A stretch of DNA of 64,000 bases from an uncultured Gemmatimonadales bacterium (GTDB lineage: Bacteria; Gemmatimonadota; Gemmatimonadetes; Gemmatimonadales; GWC2-71-9): assembly GCA_963707875.1 (NCBI GenBank), contig CAVPRU010000001.1:209591-273590 (forward strand). Reading direction: 5' to 3'. The notes beneath the pieces were generated by a model, which was given only the letters and a program-made list of their open reading frames with translations, did no database searches and was not told the origin of the DNA. The stretch's first letter is position 1. Each line of letters begins with the position of its first letter. A program made the position numbers and the translations under genes. Below are positions 21,473 through 29,713 of this stretch, one piece after another.

Positions 21473-22431
21473 GACGCCCGCAGCCGCTCCAGATCGGCAT
21501 CCACCATCATGGTGACCAGATCCCGGAAGCCAACGGTCGGCGTCCAGCCCAGGTCCGCGGTGGCCCGGGAAATATCGGCCTGGAGCAGGTCGACTTCGGC
21601 GGGTCGGCGCAGGGCCGGGTCCTGGGTCACGTACCGCTTCCAGTCGAGGCCCAGGTGACCGAACGCCACCTCCACCAGTTCCTGAACGGTGTGGGTCTCC
21701 CCGGTGCCGATCACGTAGTCCTGGGGCGCGTCCTGCTGGAGCATCCGCCACATGGCGTCCACGTAGTCCCCGGCGTAGCCCCAGTCCCGGCGGGCATCGA
21801 GGTTGCCGAGCGTGAGTTGGGAACTGAGTCCCAGGGAAATCCGGGCCACCCCGTTGGTGACCTTCCGGGTGACGAACTCCATCCCCCGACGGGGAGACTC
21901 GTGGTTGAACAGAATCCCGCTGACGGCGTACAGGCCGTACGCCTCCCGGTAGTTCACCGTCATCCAGTGGCCGTATACCTTGGCCACTCCGTAGGGCGAT
22001 CGGGGATAGAACGGGGTCGTCTCCCGCTGGGGGTACTCCATCACCTTGCCGAACATCTCCGAGCTGCTCGCCTGGTAGAACCGGGCGGCCGGGTGGGCCA
22101 GCCGGATCGCCTCCAGGATCCGGGTCACCCCCAGGGCGGTGAACTCGCCGGTCAGCACGGGCTGGCTGAAGGAAACCGGGACGTAGCTCTGGGCGGCGAG
22201 GTTGTAGACCTCGTCCGGCTGCACCTGCTGCACCGCCATGGTGAGCGAATGCTGGTCCAGCAGGTCAGCCGTGACGATCTCGATCCGGTCCAGCAGGTGC
22301 TCGATCCGCTCGAAGCTGTGGTGGCTGGTCCGGCGGACCACACCGACCACCTGGTACCCCTTGGCAAGGAGGAATTCGGCCAGATAGGACCCGTCCTGGC
22401 CGGTCACCCCTGTGATCATTGCCCGTGGCAT
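21469..22431 (-). CDS. gmd: GDP-mannose 4,6-dehydratase
   Basis: The sequence [28 protein letters not shown] and [20 protein letters not shown] are all hallmark Gmd segments. Confidence 0.93.
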   Translation of the reverse strand: MPRAMITGVTGQDGSYLAEFLLAKGYQVVGVVRRTSHHSFERIEHLLDRIEIVTADLLDQHSLTMAVQQVQPDEVYNLAAQSYVPVSFSQPVLTGEFTALGVTRILEAIRLAHPAARFYQASSSEMFGKVMEYPQRETTPFYPRSPYGVAKVYGHWMTVNYREAYGLYAVSGILFNHESPRRGMEFVTRKVTNGVARISLGLSSQLTLGNLDARRDWGYAGDYVDAMWRMLQQDAPQDYVIGTGETHTVQELVEVAFGHLGLDWKRYVTQDPALRRPAEVDLLQADISRATADLGWTPTVGFRDLVTMMVDADLERLRAS

Positions 22432-22461
22432 CGGTCTCCTCGGTTGCCGGCTCCCGGCCGG

Positions 22462-22494
22462 TTGCGGAATGGCGTGAAACAACTTAGGTTTTTG
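22462..22494 (+). promoter_or_regulatory. candidate rpmB promoter
   Basis: TTGCGG(22462-22467)-17 nt-TAGGTT(22485-22490) followed by TTTG. It lies 57 nt upstream of the rpmB ATG in the divergent gmd/rpmB intergenic region. Confidence 0.35.
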
Positions 22495-22547
22495 GGCTTG
22501 GGTTGGCACGGGGCCAGCCCTGGAACACCCTGCTGGAGTTCAGACCC

Positions 22548-22736
22548 ATGGCTCGGACCTGTGCCGTGTGCAACAAGGGCCCCACGACCGGGAATCACGT
22601 CAGCCACGCCAACAACCGCGTGAAGCGGCGCTGGTACCCCAATCTGCAGACCGTTCGGACCCTGGTGGATGGTGCCCCCAGGCGGATCCGGGTCTGCACC
22701 AGCTGCATCAGGAGCAACAAGGTCGTCAAGGCCTGA
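22548..22736 (+). CDS. rpmB: 50S ribosomal protein L28
   Basis: Start at ATG 22548: MARTCAVCNKGPTTGNHVSHANNRVKRRWYPNLQ..., 62 aa. The track ORF begins 15 codons too early. Confidence 0.93.
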   Translation: MARTCAVCNKGPTTGNHVSHANNRVKRRWYPNLQTVRTLVDGAPRRIRVCTSCIRSNKVVKA

Positions 22737-22774
22737 GCCCGAGCGACGGGCGCGGCGCCAGCCTCTGGTACCTG

Positions 22775-22806
22775 AAAAAAGGGGACCCGATTCGGGGTCC
22801 CCTTTT
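22775..22806. terminator. bidirectional rho-independent terminator between convergent rpmB and rplQ
   Basis: AAAAAA-GGGGACCC(22781-22788)-gattcg-GGGTCCCC(22795-22802)-TTTT. The stem is perfect and 8 bp, with an A-run on one side and a T-run on the other. Confidence 0.85.
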
Positions 22807-22831
22807 GATATCCTGGTCATGGCTCGGGACC

Positions 22832-23188
22832 TCACTCGGCGAGGAGCTCGATCCGGGCCGTCTCGGCGCCGTCTCCGACCCGATGGCCCAGCTTGAGGAT
22901 CCGGGTGTAGCCGCCGGGACGGGCGGCAAACCGCGGACCGATCTCGGCAAACAGCCGGGACTGCACCGCCCGATCCTTGATCTTCCGCCCCACCAGCCGC
23001 CGGGCGTGCAGGTCGCCCCGCCGCGCGAGGGTGATGAGCTTCTCGGCGAATGGCCGCAGTTCCTTGGCCTTGGCCGTCGTGGTCACGATCCCGCCGTGCT
23101 CGAACAGGCTGGTGGCCATGTTGTTGAGCATCGCCTTGCGATGACTCGCGGTCCGGGACAGCTGCCGTCCCTTGGAGCGGTGCCGCAT
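22832..23188 (-). CDS. rplQ: 50S ribosomal protein L17
   Basis: 118 aa opening MRHRSKGRQLSRTASHRKAMLNNMATSL. Confidence 0.95.
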   Translation of the reverse strand: MRHRSKGRQLSRTASHRKAMLNNMATSLFEHGGIVTTTAKAKELRPFAEKLITLARRGDLHARRLVGRKIKDRAVQSRLFAEIGPRFAARPGGYTRILKLGHRVGDGAETARIELLAE

Positions 23189-23191
23189 GGT

Positions 23192-24247
23192 TCAGTCCTC
23201 CTCGCCGCCCGCTGCCGCGGGGGCCACAGCCGGTGGCGACCCCGGGTTCACGATCCGCAGCTCGCCCTCAACCTCTTCGAACACCATCCCGAAGTTGAGC
23301 CCCTCGCGCTGCAACAGTTCCGCAATCTCGGCGAGGGCCTTTTCGCCGACGTTCTTGACCTTGAGCAACTCGTCTTCCGACAGCTCGACCAGATCCTTGA
23401 GGGTCCGGAGGCTGGAGTTCTTCAGTGAGTTGAGGGATCGGACCGAGAGTCCGAAGTCGTCGATCAGCCGGCCCAACCGATCCGCCAGACCGTTGGACGA
23501 GGTCGGGACGGGTTCCGGCTCCGGCTTGGCCTCGGGCACAACCCCGAAGTCGACGAACGGCCGGAAGTGCTCCTGCACCAGCGCCGCCGCGTAGGCGATG
23601 GCATCCTCCGGCGAGAGCGTCCCGTTGGTCTCGACCATGATCGACAGCCGGTCGTAGTCCGTCCGCTGGCCGACCCGGGTCTCCGCCACACTGAAATTGG
23701 CGCGGACCACCGGGTTGTAGATCGCATCGATCCGCACGGTGTCCACCGGGAGCGAGCGATCGATCGGCTGCATCTCTGCCTCGACGTAGCCGCGGCCCTT
23801 GTTGACGTACAGCTCGACCGAGATGTCCCGGTCGTCCTGGACGGTAAACAGCAGGTGTCCGGGATTGACGATCCGGACACTGGCCGGTCCCGTCACGTCC
23901 CCGGCCAACACCGGCCCCGACCCCTTCTTCTTGATCTTGAGCACCGCCTCGTCCACCTCGTGGTCGAGGACCAGGGTCAGCGCCTTGAGCCGCTGAATGA
24001 TCTGGTGCACGTCCTCGAGCACCCCGGGCACGGTCTGGTGCTCATGCACCACGCCGTCCATCCGGAACGCCCACACCGCCGACCCCTGCAGCGAGGACAG
24101 CATCATCCGGCGCAGGGCATTCCCCAGGGTGTGCCCGAAGCCACGCTCGAGCGGCCCCAGCCGGAACTCGGCAAGGTGGGCATTGTCCTCCCGCTTGATC
24201 ATTTCCACCACGTGCGGGCGAACCAGTCCGGTCAGATCGATGGTCAT
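23192..24247 (-). CDS. rpoA: DNA-directed RNA polymerase subunit alpha
   Basis: 351 aa with the N-terminal dimerisation domain (GPLERGFGHTLGNALRR), the alpha-CTD (LSVRSLNSLKNSSLRTLKDLV) and a short acidic/Ala-Pro tail. Confidence 0.96.
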   Translation of the reverse strand: MTIDLTGLVRPHVVEMIKREDNAHLAEFRLGPLERGFGHTLGNALRRMMLSSLQGSAVWAFRMDGVVHEHQTVPGVLEDVHQIIQRLKALTLVLDHEVDEAVLKIKKKGSGPVLAGDVTGPASVRIVNPGHLLFTVQDDRDISVELYVNKGRGYVEAEMQPIDRSLPVDTVRIDAIYNPVVRANFSVAETRVGQRTDYDRLSIMVETNGTLSPEDAIAYAAALVQEHFRPFVDFGVVPEAKPEPEPVPTSSNGLADRLGRLIDDFGLSVRSLNSLKNSSLRTLKDLVELSEDELLKVKNVGEKALAEIAELLQREGLNFGMVFEEVEGELRIVNPGSPPAVAPAAAGGEED

Positions 24248-24257
24248 CGTCCGTCCA

Positions 24258-24893
24258 TTACTTGGAGTAGAGCTCGACGATCAGCTGTTCCTGCGCGGCG
24301 AGCGGAATCTGGTCGCGGCCCGGCCGTTCGGTGACCCGCCCGGTGCCCTTCTCGAGATCCACGCTGATCCAGGTCATCGGAACCCCGCGCGCCGCACTAT
24401 CCTTGGCGATTCGGATCGGGACGATCTGGAGGCTGTCCGGCGCCACCCGCACTTCCTGATTGGGCTTCACCCGGTACGAGGCGACGTTGACCCGACGGCC
24501 GTTGACCTGGATGTGGCCATGCAGCACCAGTTGCCGAGCCTGCCGACGGCTGAGGGCGAAGCCCATCCGGTAGACCAGGTTGTCGAGTCTCGACTCGAGC
24601 AACGCCAGCAGGTTGGTGCCCTTGACCCCGGGCTCCCGCGCGGCGGCTTCGAAGGTGCCACGGAACTGCCGCTCAGTCAGGCCGTAGATCCGCTTGACCT
24701 TCTGCTTCTCCCGCAGCTGCTTGGCGTATTCCGACATCTTCCGGCCCCGGCCGCCCGACTGACCATGCTGGCCCGGGGCATAGGCCCGGCGCTCCACGGC
24801 GCACTTCTCGGTCAGACAGCGAGACCCCTTCAGAAACAGCTTAGTGCCTTCCCGACGGCACAGGCGGCAGGCGGGGCCAGTATAGCGAGACAT
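24258..24893 (-). CDS. rpsD: 30S ribosomal protein S4
   Basis: 211 aa opening [26 protein letters not shown], with an S4 RNA-binding domain. Confidence 0.96.
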   Translation of the reverse strand: MSRYTGPACRLCRREGTKLFLKGSRCLTEKCAVERRAYAPGQHGQSGGRGRKMSEYAKQLREKQKVKRIYGLTERQFRGTFEAAAREPGVKGTNLLALLESRLDNLVYRMGFALSRRQARQLVLHGHIQVNGRRVNVASYRVKPNQEVRVAPDSLQIVPIRIAKDSAARGVPMTWISVDLEKGTGRVTERPGRDQIPLAAQEQLIVELYSK

Positions 24894-24896
24894 GAG

Positions 24897-25298
24897 TTAG
24901 ACCCGCCGCTTCTTGGGCGGGCGGCACCCATTGTGAGGAATCGGAGTGACGTCCTTGATGGAGGCCACCTTGAGCCCGGCCGAGGCCAGCGCCTGGATGG
25001 CGGACTCGCGGCCGGAGCCCGGACCCTGGACCCGGACGTGCACCCGACGCACCCCAAGGCCAAACGCTTCCCGACCGCAGTTCTCGGCGGCCACGGTGGC
25101 GGCAAAGGGCGTCGACTTCTTGGAGCCCTTGAACCCGGCCTTGCCGGCGGTACCCCAGACAACCGTGTTGCCCTTCATGTCGGTAATGGTGATCAGCACA
25201 TTGTTGAACGTGGCCGTGACGTGGGCGATCCCCTCCGACTCGACGACACGCTTGGAACGCTTCCCACCACTGGGGCGGACTGGTGCGGGACTGGTCAT
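24897..25298 (-). CDS. rpsK: 30S ribosomal protein S11
   Basis: 133 aa containing [18 protein letters not shown]...[13 protein letters not shown]. Confidence 0.96.
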   Translation of the reverse strand: MTSPAPVRPSGGKRSKRVVESEGIAHVTATFNNVLITITDMKGNTVVWGTAGKAGFKGSKKSTPFAATVAAENCGREAFGLGVRRVHVRVQGPGSGRESAIQALASAGLKVASIKDVTPIPHNGCRPPKKRRV

Positions 25299-25678
25299 TA
25301 CTTCTTCGTCACTTTCTTCTTGCCGGCGATGGCGCGGCGGGGACCCTTCTTGGTCCGGGCATTGGTATGGGTCCGCTGACCACGCACCGGCAGGCCGCGC
25401 CGGTGACGGGTACCACGGTAGCTGCCGATGTCCATCAACCGCTTGATGTTCATGGCAATCTCGGTCCGGAGGGAGCCCTCGACCCGGGCGCTCCGTTCAA
25501 TCACCTGGCGAAGCCGGGCGACCTCGGCATCCGACAGATCTCGAACCCGGGTTCCCCCGGCGATGCCCGATTCCTCCAGCACTTTTGTGCTTGTCGAACG
25601 ACCCACGCCATAGATGTAAGTGAGCGCGATCTCCACCCGCTTTTCGCGCGGAAGATCCACTCCTGCAATTCGCGCCAT
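25298..25678 (-). CDS. rpsM: 30S ribosomal protein S13
   Basis: 126 aa opening [26 protein letters not shown]. Confidence 0.96.
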   Translation of the reverse strand: MARIAGVDLPREKRVEIALTYIYGVGRSTSTKVLEESGIAGGTRVRDLSDAEVARLRQVIERSARVEGSLRTEIAMNIKRLMDIGSYRGTRHRRGLPVRGQRTHTNARTKKGPRRAIAGKKKVTKK

Positions 25679-25794
25679 TATCCCTGCCGCTGCTTGTGTT
25701 TAGGATTGCGCTTGCAGATGATGCGCACCACACCAGCGCGGCGGATCACCCGACAATGCTCACAGATTGGCTTGACGCTAGACCGTACCTTCAC
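25678..25794 (-). CDS. rpmJ: 50S ribosomal protein L36
   Basis: Own translation from GTG 25794..25792: (M)[37 protein letters not shown], 38 aa with the CxxC...C..H zinc motif. Its stop shares 1 nt with the rpsM ATG (TAATG). It is too short for the ORF track. Confidence 0.9.
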   Translation of the reverse strand: MKVRSSVKPICEHCRVIRRAGVVRIICKRNPKHKQRQG

Positions 25795-25835
25795 AGGGCC
25801 GCTCCGAAATTACTCAAGTTTATGCTCAGCTTTCA

Positions 25836-25864
25836 ATTATAGCCGCGGGGGTGGCCCATGGCAA
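25836..25864 (-). promoter_or_regulatory. sigma-70-type promoter for the rpmJ-rpsM-rpsK-rpsD-rpoA-rplQ operon
   Basis: On the minus strand the sequence reads TTGCCA(25864-25859)-17 nt-TATAAT(25841-25836). It lies about 42 nt upstream of the rpmJ GTG, in an unusually AT-rich 87-nt gap. Confidence 0.6.
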
Positions 25865-25881
25865 GGGACCGGGAGCCGCGG

Positions 25882-26277
25882 TCAGGTGACCCGGACCTCG
25901 ATCAGGGTCCAGACCCCATCGCCGAAACGATACCGAAGGAGGATCTGCTGCCGTCGGCGCTCCCCGCCTGGCCCCCGGACCTGGCGCCGGAGTTCCACAT
26001 ACCCCTGCCCCCCGCCCAGTTCGCGGACCTGACCCAGTTCCACGGCCCCGGGGGTCCCGAGCACGGACCGGAGGGCTGCCGCGGCCTGAGCCGAGCCCAC
26101 CGGTGCCGAGGGCTCCACCCCGGGCAGGAAGAGCCGGATCCGGTCCCCCCGGGCCACCACGGTAGCCACGTCCCCAGCCCGAATCGCCTCCCGGACCCCT
26201 CGGGCCACGGCGGCCAGCGACTCGTCGGGCAGACCGGGCTGGACCAGGGCGGCCAGCACCAGGAGGACACCAGTCAT
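25882..26277 (-). CDS. hypothetical secreted protein
   Basis: 131 aa with a hydrophobic N-terminus (MTGVLLVLAALV). The start forms an ATGA overlap with the pyrF stop, and codon usage looks coding. I recognise no motif. Confidence 0.5.
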   Translation of the reverse strand: MTGVLLVLAALVQPGLPDESLAAVARGVREAIRAGDVATVVARGDRIRLFLPGVEPSAPVGSAQAAAALRSVLGTPGAVELGQVRELGGGQGYVELRRQVRGPGGERRRQQILLRYRFGDGVWTLIEVRVT

Positions 26278-26957
26278 CCGAGGGTCTCCTCCTCGAACTC
26301 CTGCCAGGCGGCCGCCGGGTCGGCGGCCATCAGGACCGGTCGCCCGATCACCAGGTGACTGGCGCCAGCGAGGATCGCCTCCCTGGGCGCCGCGACCCTG
26401 GCCTGATCCCCCGCCGGGTCGCTGAGCCGGCGAATCCCGGGCACCACCACGGCAGCCGCAGGCCCCAGGACCTGGCGCACCAGTTCCACCTCCAGGGCCG
26501 ACGCGACGACTCCTCCCAGGCCGGCCCGCTTTGCCAATCCGGCCAGCCGCACCGCCTCGGCGCCGATTCCGACCGGGCTCGCGCCGGTGGCCGCGAGGTA
26601 GGAAGCGGCGGAGTGGGATGTCAGGACGGTCACCCCGACCACCGTCACGGCGGCCCCGGCCGCGGCGGCGGCGGCCTCCATCATCTCGACCCCGCCCAGG
26701 GTGTGGACGGTCACCATGCGGACCCCGGCCCCGACCGCCGCCCTGACGGCCCCCGCCACGGTGTTGGGGATGTCATGCCATTTGAGATCGAGAAACACGG
26801 AGAGTCCCCGCTGATTCAATCGGTCCACCAGATCGGGGCCCTCCCGGGTCATCAGGATGGAACCGACCTTGACCCAGCGAACGGCCGGCAGCCCGTCCAG
26901 CAGACGCAGGGCGGAGGCGCCATCGGCAAGATCCAGCGCCAGGATCAGCTCGGCCAC
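26274..26957 (-). CDS. pyrF: orotidine 5'-phosphate decarboxylase
   Basis: GTG start at 26957..26955: (M)AELILALDLADG...FLDLKWHDIPNTV...VIGRPV, 227 aa. It occupies the 3' part of the 521-aa track ORF and overlaps the pyrD stop by 13 nt. Confidence 0.9.
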   Translation of the reverse strand: MAELILALDLADGASALRLLDGLPAVRWVKVGSILMTREGPDLVDRLNQRGLSVFLDLKWHDIPNTVAGAVRAAVGAGVRMVTVHTLGGVEMMEAAAAAAGAAVTVVGVTVLTSHSAASYLAATGASPVGIGAEAVRLAGLAKRAGLGGVVASALEVELVRQVLGPAAAVVVPGIRRLSDPAGDQARVAAPREAILAGASHLVIGRPVLMAADPAAAWQEFEEETLG

Positions 26958-27839
26958 CCCTGAGCCTCCAGTTCCCTGGCGATCCGGACCGGTAGCCGGG
27001 GATCGGCGAGGGCGGCTGTTCCGATGGCCACCAGACTCGCGCCGGCCCCGAAGTACTGCCTGGCATCGTCCGCGCTGCGAATACCTCCCACTCCGATGAT
27101 CGGGACGGACCCGAGCCGGTCGACTATCCGCTTCACGGCCAGGACTCCAACGGGAAGCAGGGCAGGCCCGCTCACCCCCCCATTCCCCTGCCCCAGGACC
27201 GGCCGGCCCTCCCTCAGAAGGAACCCCGGAAGGGTGTTGACTACGGTCAGACCGGTCGCCCCCGCCTCCATCGCCGCCACAGCCATGTCCGGCGATATCG
27301 GGCAGGCCGGGGGACAGCTTGGCGAACAGAGGTCGCTCGGTGGCCAGCCGACAGGATTCCAGAATGCGGGCCACGGCTCCCCGGTCGGCCCCGAATTCCA
27401 GTCCGCCAGCGGCGGTGTTGGGGCAGGAGAGATTCAGTTCGTACCCGCTGAGCCCGGGGACGGCGTCGAGGCGGCGAACGATCTGCAGGTACTCGTGCTC
27501 CTCAAAGCCGACCACGTTCACCAGAATCCTCGCCCGGGAGAGCCGCTTCACCAGCCACGGCAGTTCCTCGGTCACCACCTGCTGCAATCCCGGGTTGGCC
27601 AGCCCGACCGAGTTGATCATCCCGCCGGGGAACTCGGCCACCCGGGGCGGCGGATTCCCCGCCCGGGGTTCGAGCGAGACCGCCTTGGTAACGAGTCCCC
27701 CCAGAAGGTCCAGATCGTAGAGACCATCGAGTTCGCGCCCGAAGCCGGCGGTTCCGGCCGCCAGCAGCACCGGATTACGGAAGGCCAGGCCCGCAACCAT
27801 CCCACCGGCGGCCTGAGGCGCCGCGGCGCTAGCGACCAT
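26945..27839 (-). pseudogene. pyrD: dihydroorotate dehydrogenase (class 1-type) interrupted by a +1 frameshift near 27287-27293 (or a sequencing error)
   Basis: The N-terminal 2/3 lies in the frame of 27839 (GLAFRNPVLLAAGTAG...NLSCPNT...PLFAKLSPGLPDIA). The C-terminal 1/3 lies in the frame of ORF 26945..27286 (MAVAAMEAGATGLTVVNT...IIGVGGI...). Removing one nucleotide from GCCGGAC gives the family-typical KLSPGLPDIADMAVAAMEAGATGL. Confidence 0.85.
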
Positions 27840-29025
27840 CGGGACTCCCCGACGAGGTACCGGTACGACGTCCGAACTCGTTCAGGTAATTCTCGATCGC
27901 CTCGGCCAGCGCGACCGCGAGCCGGCGCTGCGAGTTCGCCCCACTCATGATCGCGGCGTCCGCCCGGTTGGTGGCAAAGCCAAGCTCCACGAGGATGGCG
28001 GGTCGACGCGCGGTGTTGAGCACCATCAGCGGGGCGTGTTTGACCCCACGGTCCGGGCCGGAGTGGACATCCCGCAACGACGACTGAACCAGCTCGGCGG
28101 CCCGAGCCGCTTCCCGGAGGTACTCGTTGAGCTGGAGGTCCTTCAGGATGAAATCCAGCCCACCCGCCTGCCCTTCATCCGAGGGCGCCTCGAACCGGAC
28201 CGCTTCGTTCTCCATCCGTGCCACCCGGGCGGCATCCTCGGTCCTCGCCTCGGCCATGATGTAGGTCTCGAACCCCCGGACGTCGGCATACCCTGTCCGA
28301 CGGGGCAGGGAGTTGACGTGGATACTGACGAAGAGGTCACACTCGTCACTGCAGTAACTGCCGCGACGTCGAAGATCGATGAGGGTGTCCCGGGTTCGCG
28401 TCATGGTCACGTCGATGCCGCGACGCTGCAGTTCGTCCCGCACCAGCAATCCCACTTGCAGGTTGACTTGTTTCTCGCTGATCCCGGCGGAGAAGTAGCG
28501 TCCGGGGTTCCCAGGATCGACCCCGCCGTGCCCGGGGTCGATCGTCACCCGCCGTGCTCGGGGCGCCGGGGGCGCCGGTGCCCGGGCCGTCACCGGTGTC
28601 GTACTCCTGGTGGCGGGAGCGCCGAGGTCGGTGAGCCGGGCCGAACCCGGATCGTAGCGGAACCGTTCCGCTTGAAGCCGAGGGAGCGCTTCGGCGACGA
28701 ACTGGAGCGGAAGAAAGAGACTGTCTCGGATGGCTCGAGCCGGGGCGGCCAGCGGATAGAACCGACCGTCCCGGGACACGAGCGCGGCACCGACCAGAAA
28801 CCGGAACGGCGCCGCCCCAAGTTGCACGTCGGCCCAGATCCCATCCGATGCCGCCGTCCCCTTCAAAGCCTCCAGCAGGGCGCCGGCCAGCACCATCGGC
28901 CCCGACCGTGGATCCATCCGGACTGCGATCCGACGTTCACCGCCGGGAGAGGCAACCGTGATCGCCGACGGGGCGGATCCGCCGCCGAGCCCGCTCAGCA
29001 GAAGCGCGACCGTCAGGACCATCAA
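27829..29025 (-). CDS. N-acetylmuramoyl-L-alanine amidase (Amidase_3, AmiC-like)
   Basis: 398 aa with a signal peptide and an N-terminal AMIN-like region. The catalytic domain contains VTIDPGHGGVDPG...FVSIHVNS...MVLNTARRPAILVELGF. Confidence 0.88.
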   Translation of the reverse strand: MMVLTVALLLSGLGGGSAPSAITVASPGGERRIAVRMDPRSGPMVLAGALLEALKGTAASDGIWADVQLGAAPFRFLVGAALVSRDGRFYPLAAPARAIRDSLFLPLQFVAEALPRLQAERFRYDPGSARLTDLGAPATRSTTPVTARAPAPPAPRARRVTIDPGHGGVDPGNPGRYFSAGISEKQVNLQVGLLVRDELQRRGIDVTMTRTRDTLIDLRRRGSYCSDECDLFVSIHVNSLPRRTGYADVRGFETYIMAEARTEDAARVARMENEAVRFEAPSDEGQAGGLDFILKDLQLNEYLREAARAAELVQSSLRDVHSGPDRGVKHAPLMVLNTARRPAILVELGFATNRADAAIMSGANSQRRLAVALAEAIENYLNEFGRRTGTSSGSPDGR

Positions 29026-29510
29026 CGATTCTTCACGGTGAGGGCCCGGGCCATTTCCCGCTTCGCGATCCGTTGCTTGATGTCCTCCCGGCGATCGTGG
29101 GCTTTCTTGCCGCGCGCCACGGCGATCGCCACCTTGGCCCGTCCCCGGAAGAAGTACAGTTCGAGCGGGATCAGAGTGAGTCCCCCACGCTCCACCGACC
29201 CGACCAGCCGGTCGATCTCCTTCCGATGGACCAGCAGCTTGCGGGTCCGCACTGGCTCGTGGTTCCAGCGGTTTCCCTGCTCGTATGGGGTGATGTGCAT
29301 CCCCTCCAGCCAGAGTTCCCCGCTCCGGATCGTCGCCCAGGCCTCCTTGATGCTCGCCTTCCCGGTCCGCATCGACTTCACCTCCGTCCCCCGAAGCATC
29401 AGGCCCGCCTCGATGGTCTCCAGGATGTGATAATCGTAGGTAGCCTTCGGATTCCGGGCGATGGAGACGCGCTCGGAAGGGGGCTTGTCGGGGGCGGGAC
29501 GCTGGCTCAT
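29022..29510 (-). CDS. smpB: SsrA-binding protein
   Basis: Start at ATG 29510 (MSQRPAPDK...). The segment IARNPKATYDYHILETIEAGLMLRGTEVKS...LVHRKEIDRL is diagnostic of SmpB. The track ORF is extended through the tRNA on the opposite strand. Confidence 0.93.
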   Translation of the reverse strand: MSQRPAPDKPPSERVSIARNPKATYDYHILETIEAGLMLRGTEVKSMRTGKASIKEAWATIRSGELWLEGMHITPYEQGNRWNHEPVRTRKLLVHRKEIDRLVGSVERGGLTLIPLELYFFRGRAKVAIAVARGKKAHDRREDIKQRIAKREMARALTVKNR

Positions 29511-29564
29511 AAGTCTCTCTGCCAGCAAAAGATAGGCCCTGAGGCCCCGGTCATCAACGAGAAC

Positions 29565-29596
29565 TTGACGGGCGCGGCCACGGGGGACTAGGTTTG
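29565..29596 (+). promoter_or_regulatory. candidate tRNA-Leu promoter
   Basis: TTGACG(29565-29570)-18 nt-TAGGTTTG(29589-29596). The tRNA 5' end lies 9 nt further downstream. Confidence 0.4.
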
Positions 29597-29604
29597 CCCG
29601 CCTT

Positions 29605-29688
29605 GCCGAAGTGGTGGAATTGGTAGACGCGCTGCGTTCAGGGCGCAGTGGGCGCAAGCCCGTGGGGGTTCGAGTCCCCCCTTCGGCA
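29605..29688 (+). tRNA. tRNA-Leu (anticodon CAG), long variable arm, CCA not encoded
   Basis: The acceptor stem GCCGAAG pairs with CTTCGGC, followed by discriminator A. The anticodon stem CTGCG/CGCAG encloses loop TTCAGGG. The T arm is GGGGG-TTCGAGT-CCCCC. Total length is 84 nt, close to the layout of E. coli tRNA-Leu(CAG). Confidence 0.93.
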
Positions 29689-29713
29689 CTCGTCCCCCCA
29701 GTGGTACCGGGGC

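Noticed and set aside
26274-27839. A 521-aa ORF that looks like a bifunctional PyrD-PyrF fusion protein
   Set aside because: The middle ~110 codons are Gly/Arg/Pro-rich junk. The real PyrD C-terminus sits in another frame (26945..27286), and pyrF has its own GTG start with a normal N-terminus. It is a frameshift artefact, not a fusion.
29510-29713. A possible integration hotspot or tmRNA next to smpB and tRNA-Leu
   Set aside because: There is no integrase, no duplicated tRNA 3' end and no tmRNA-like tag-coding or tRNA-Ala-like structure. Both flanks are ordinary housekeeping genes.
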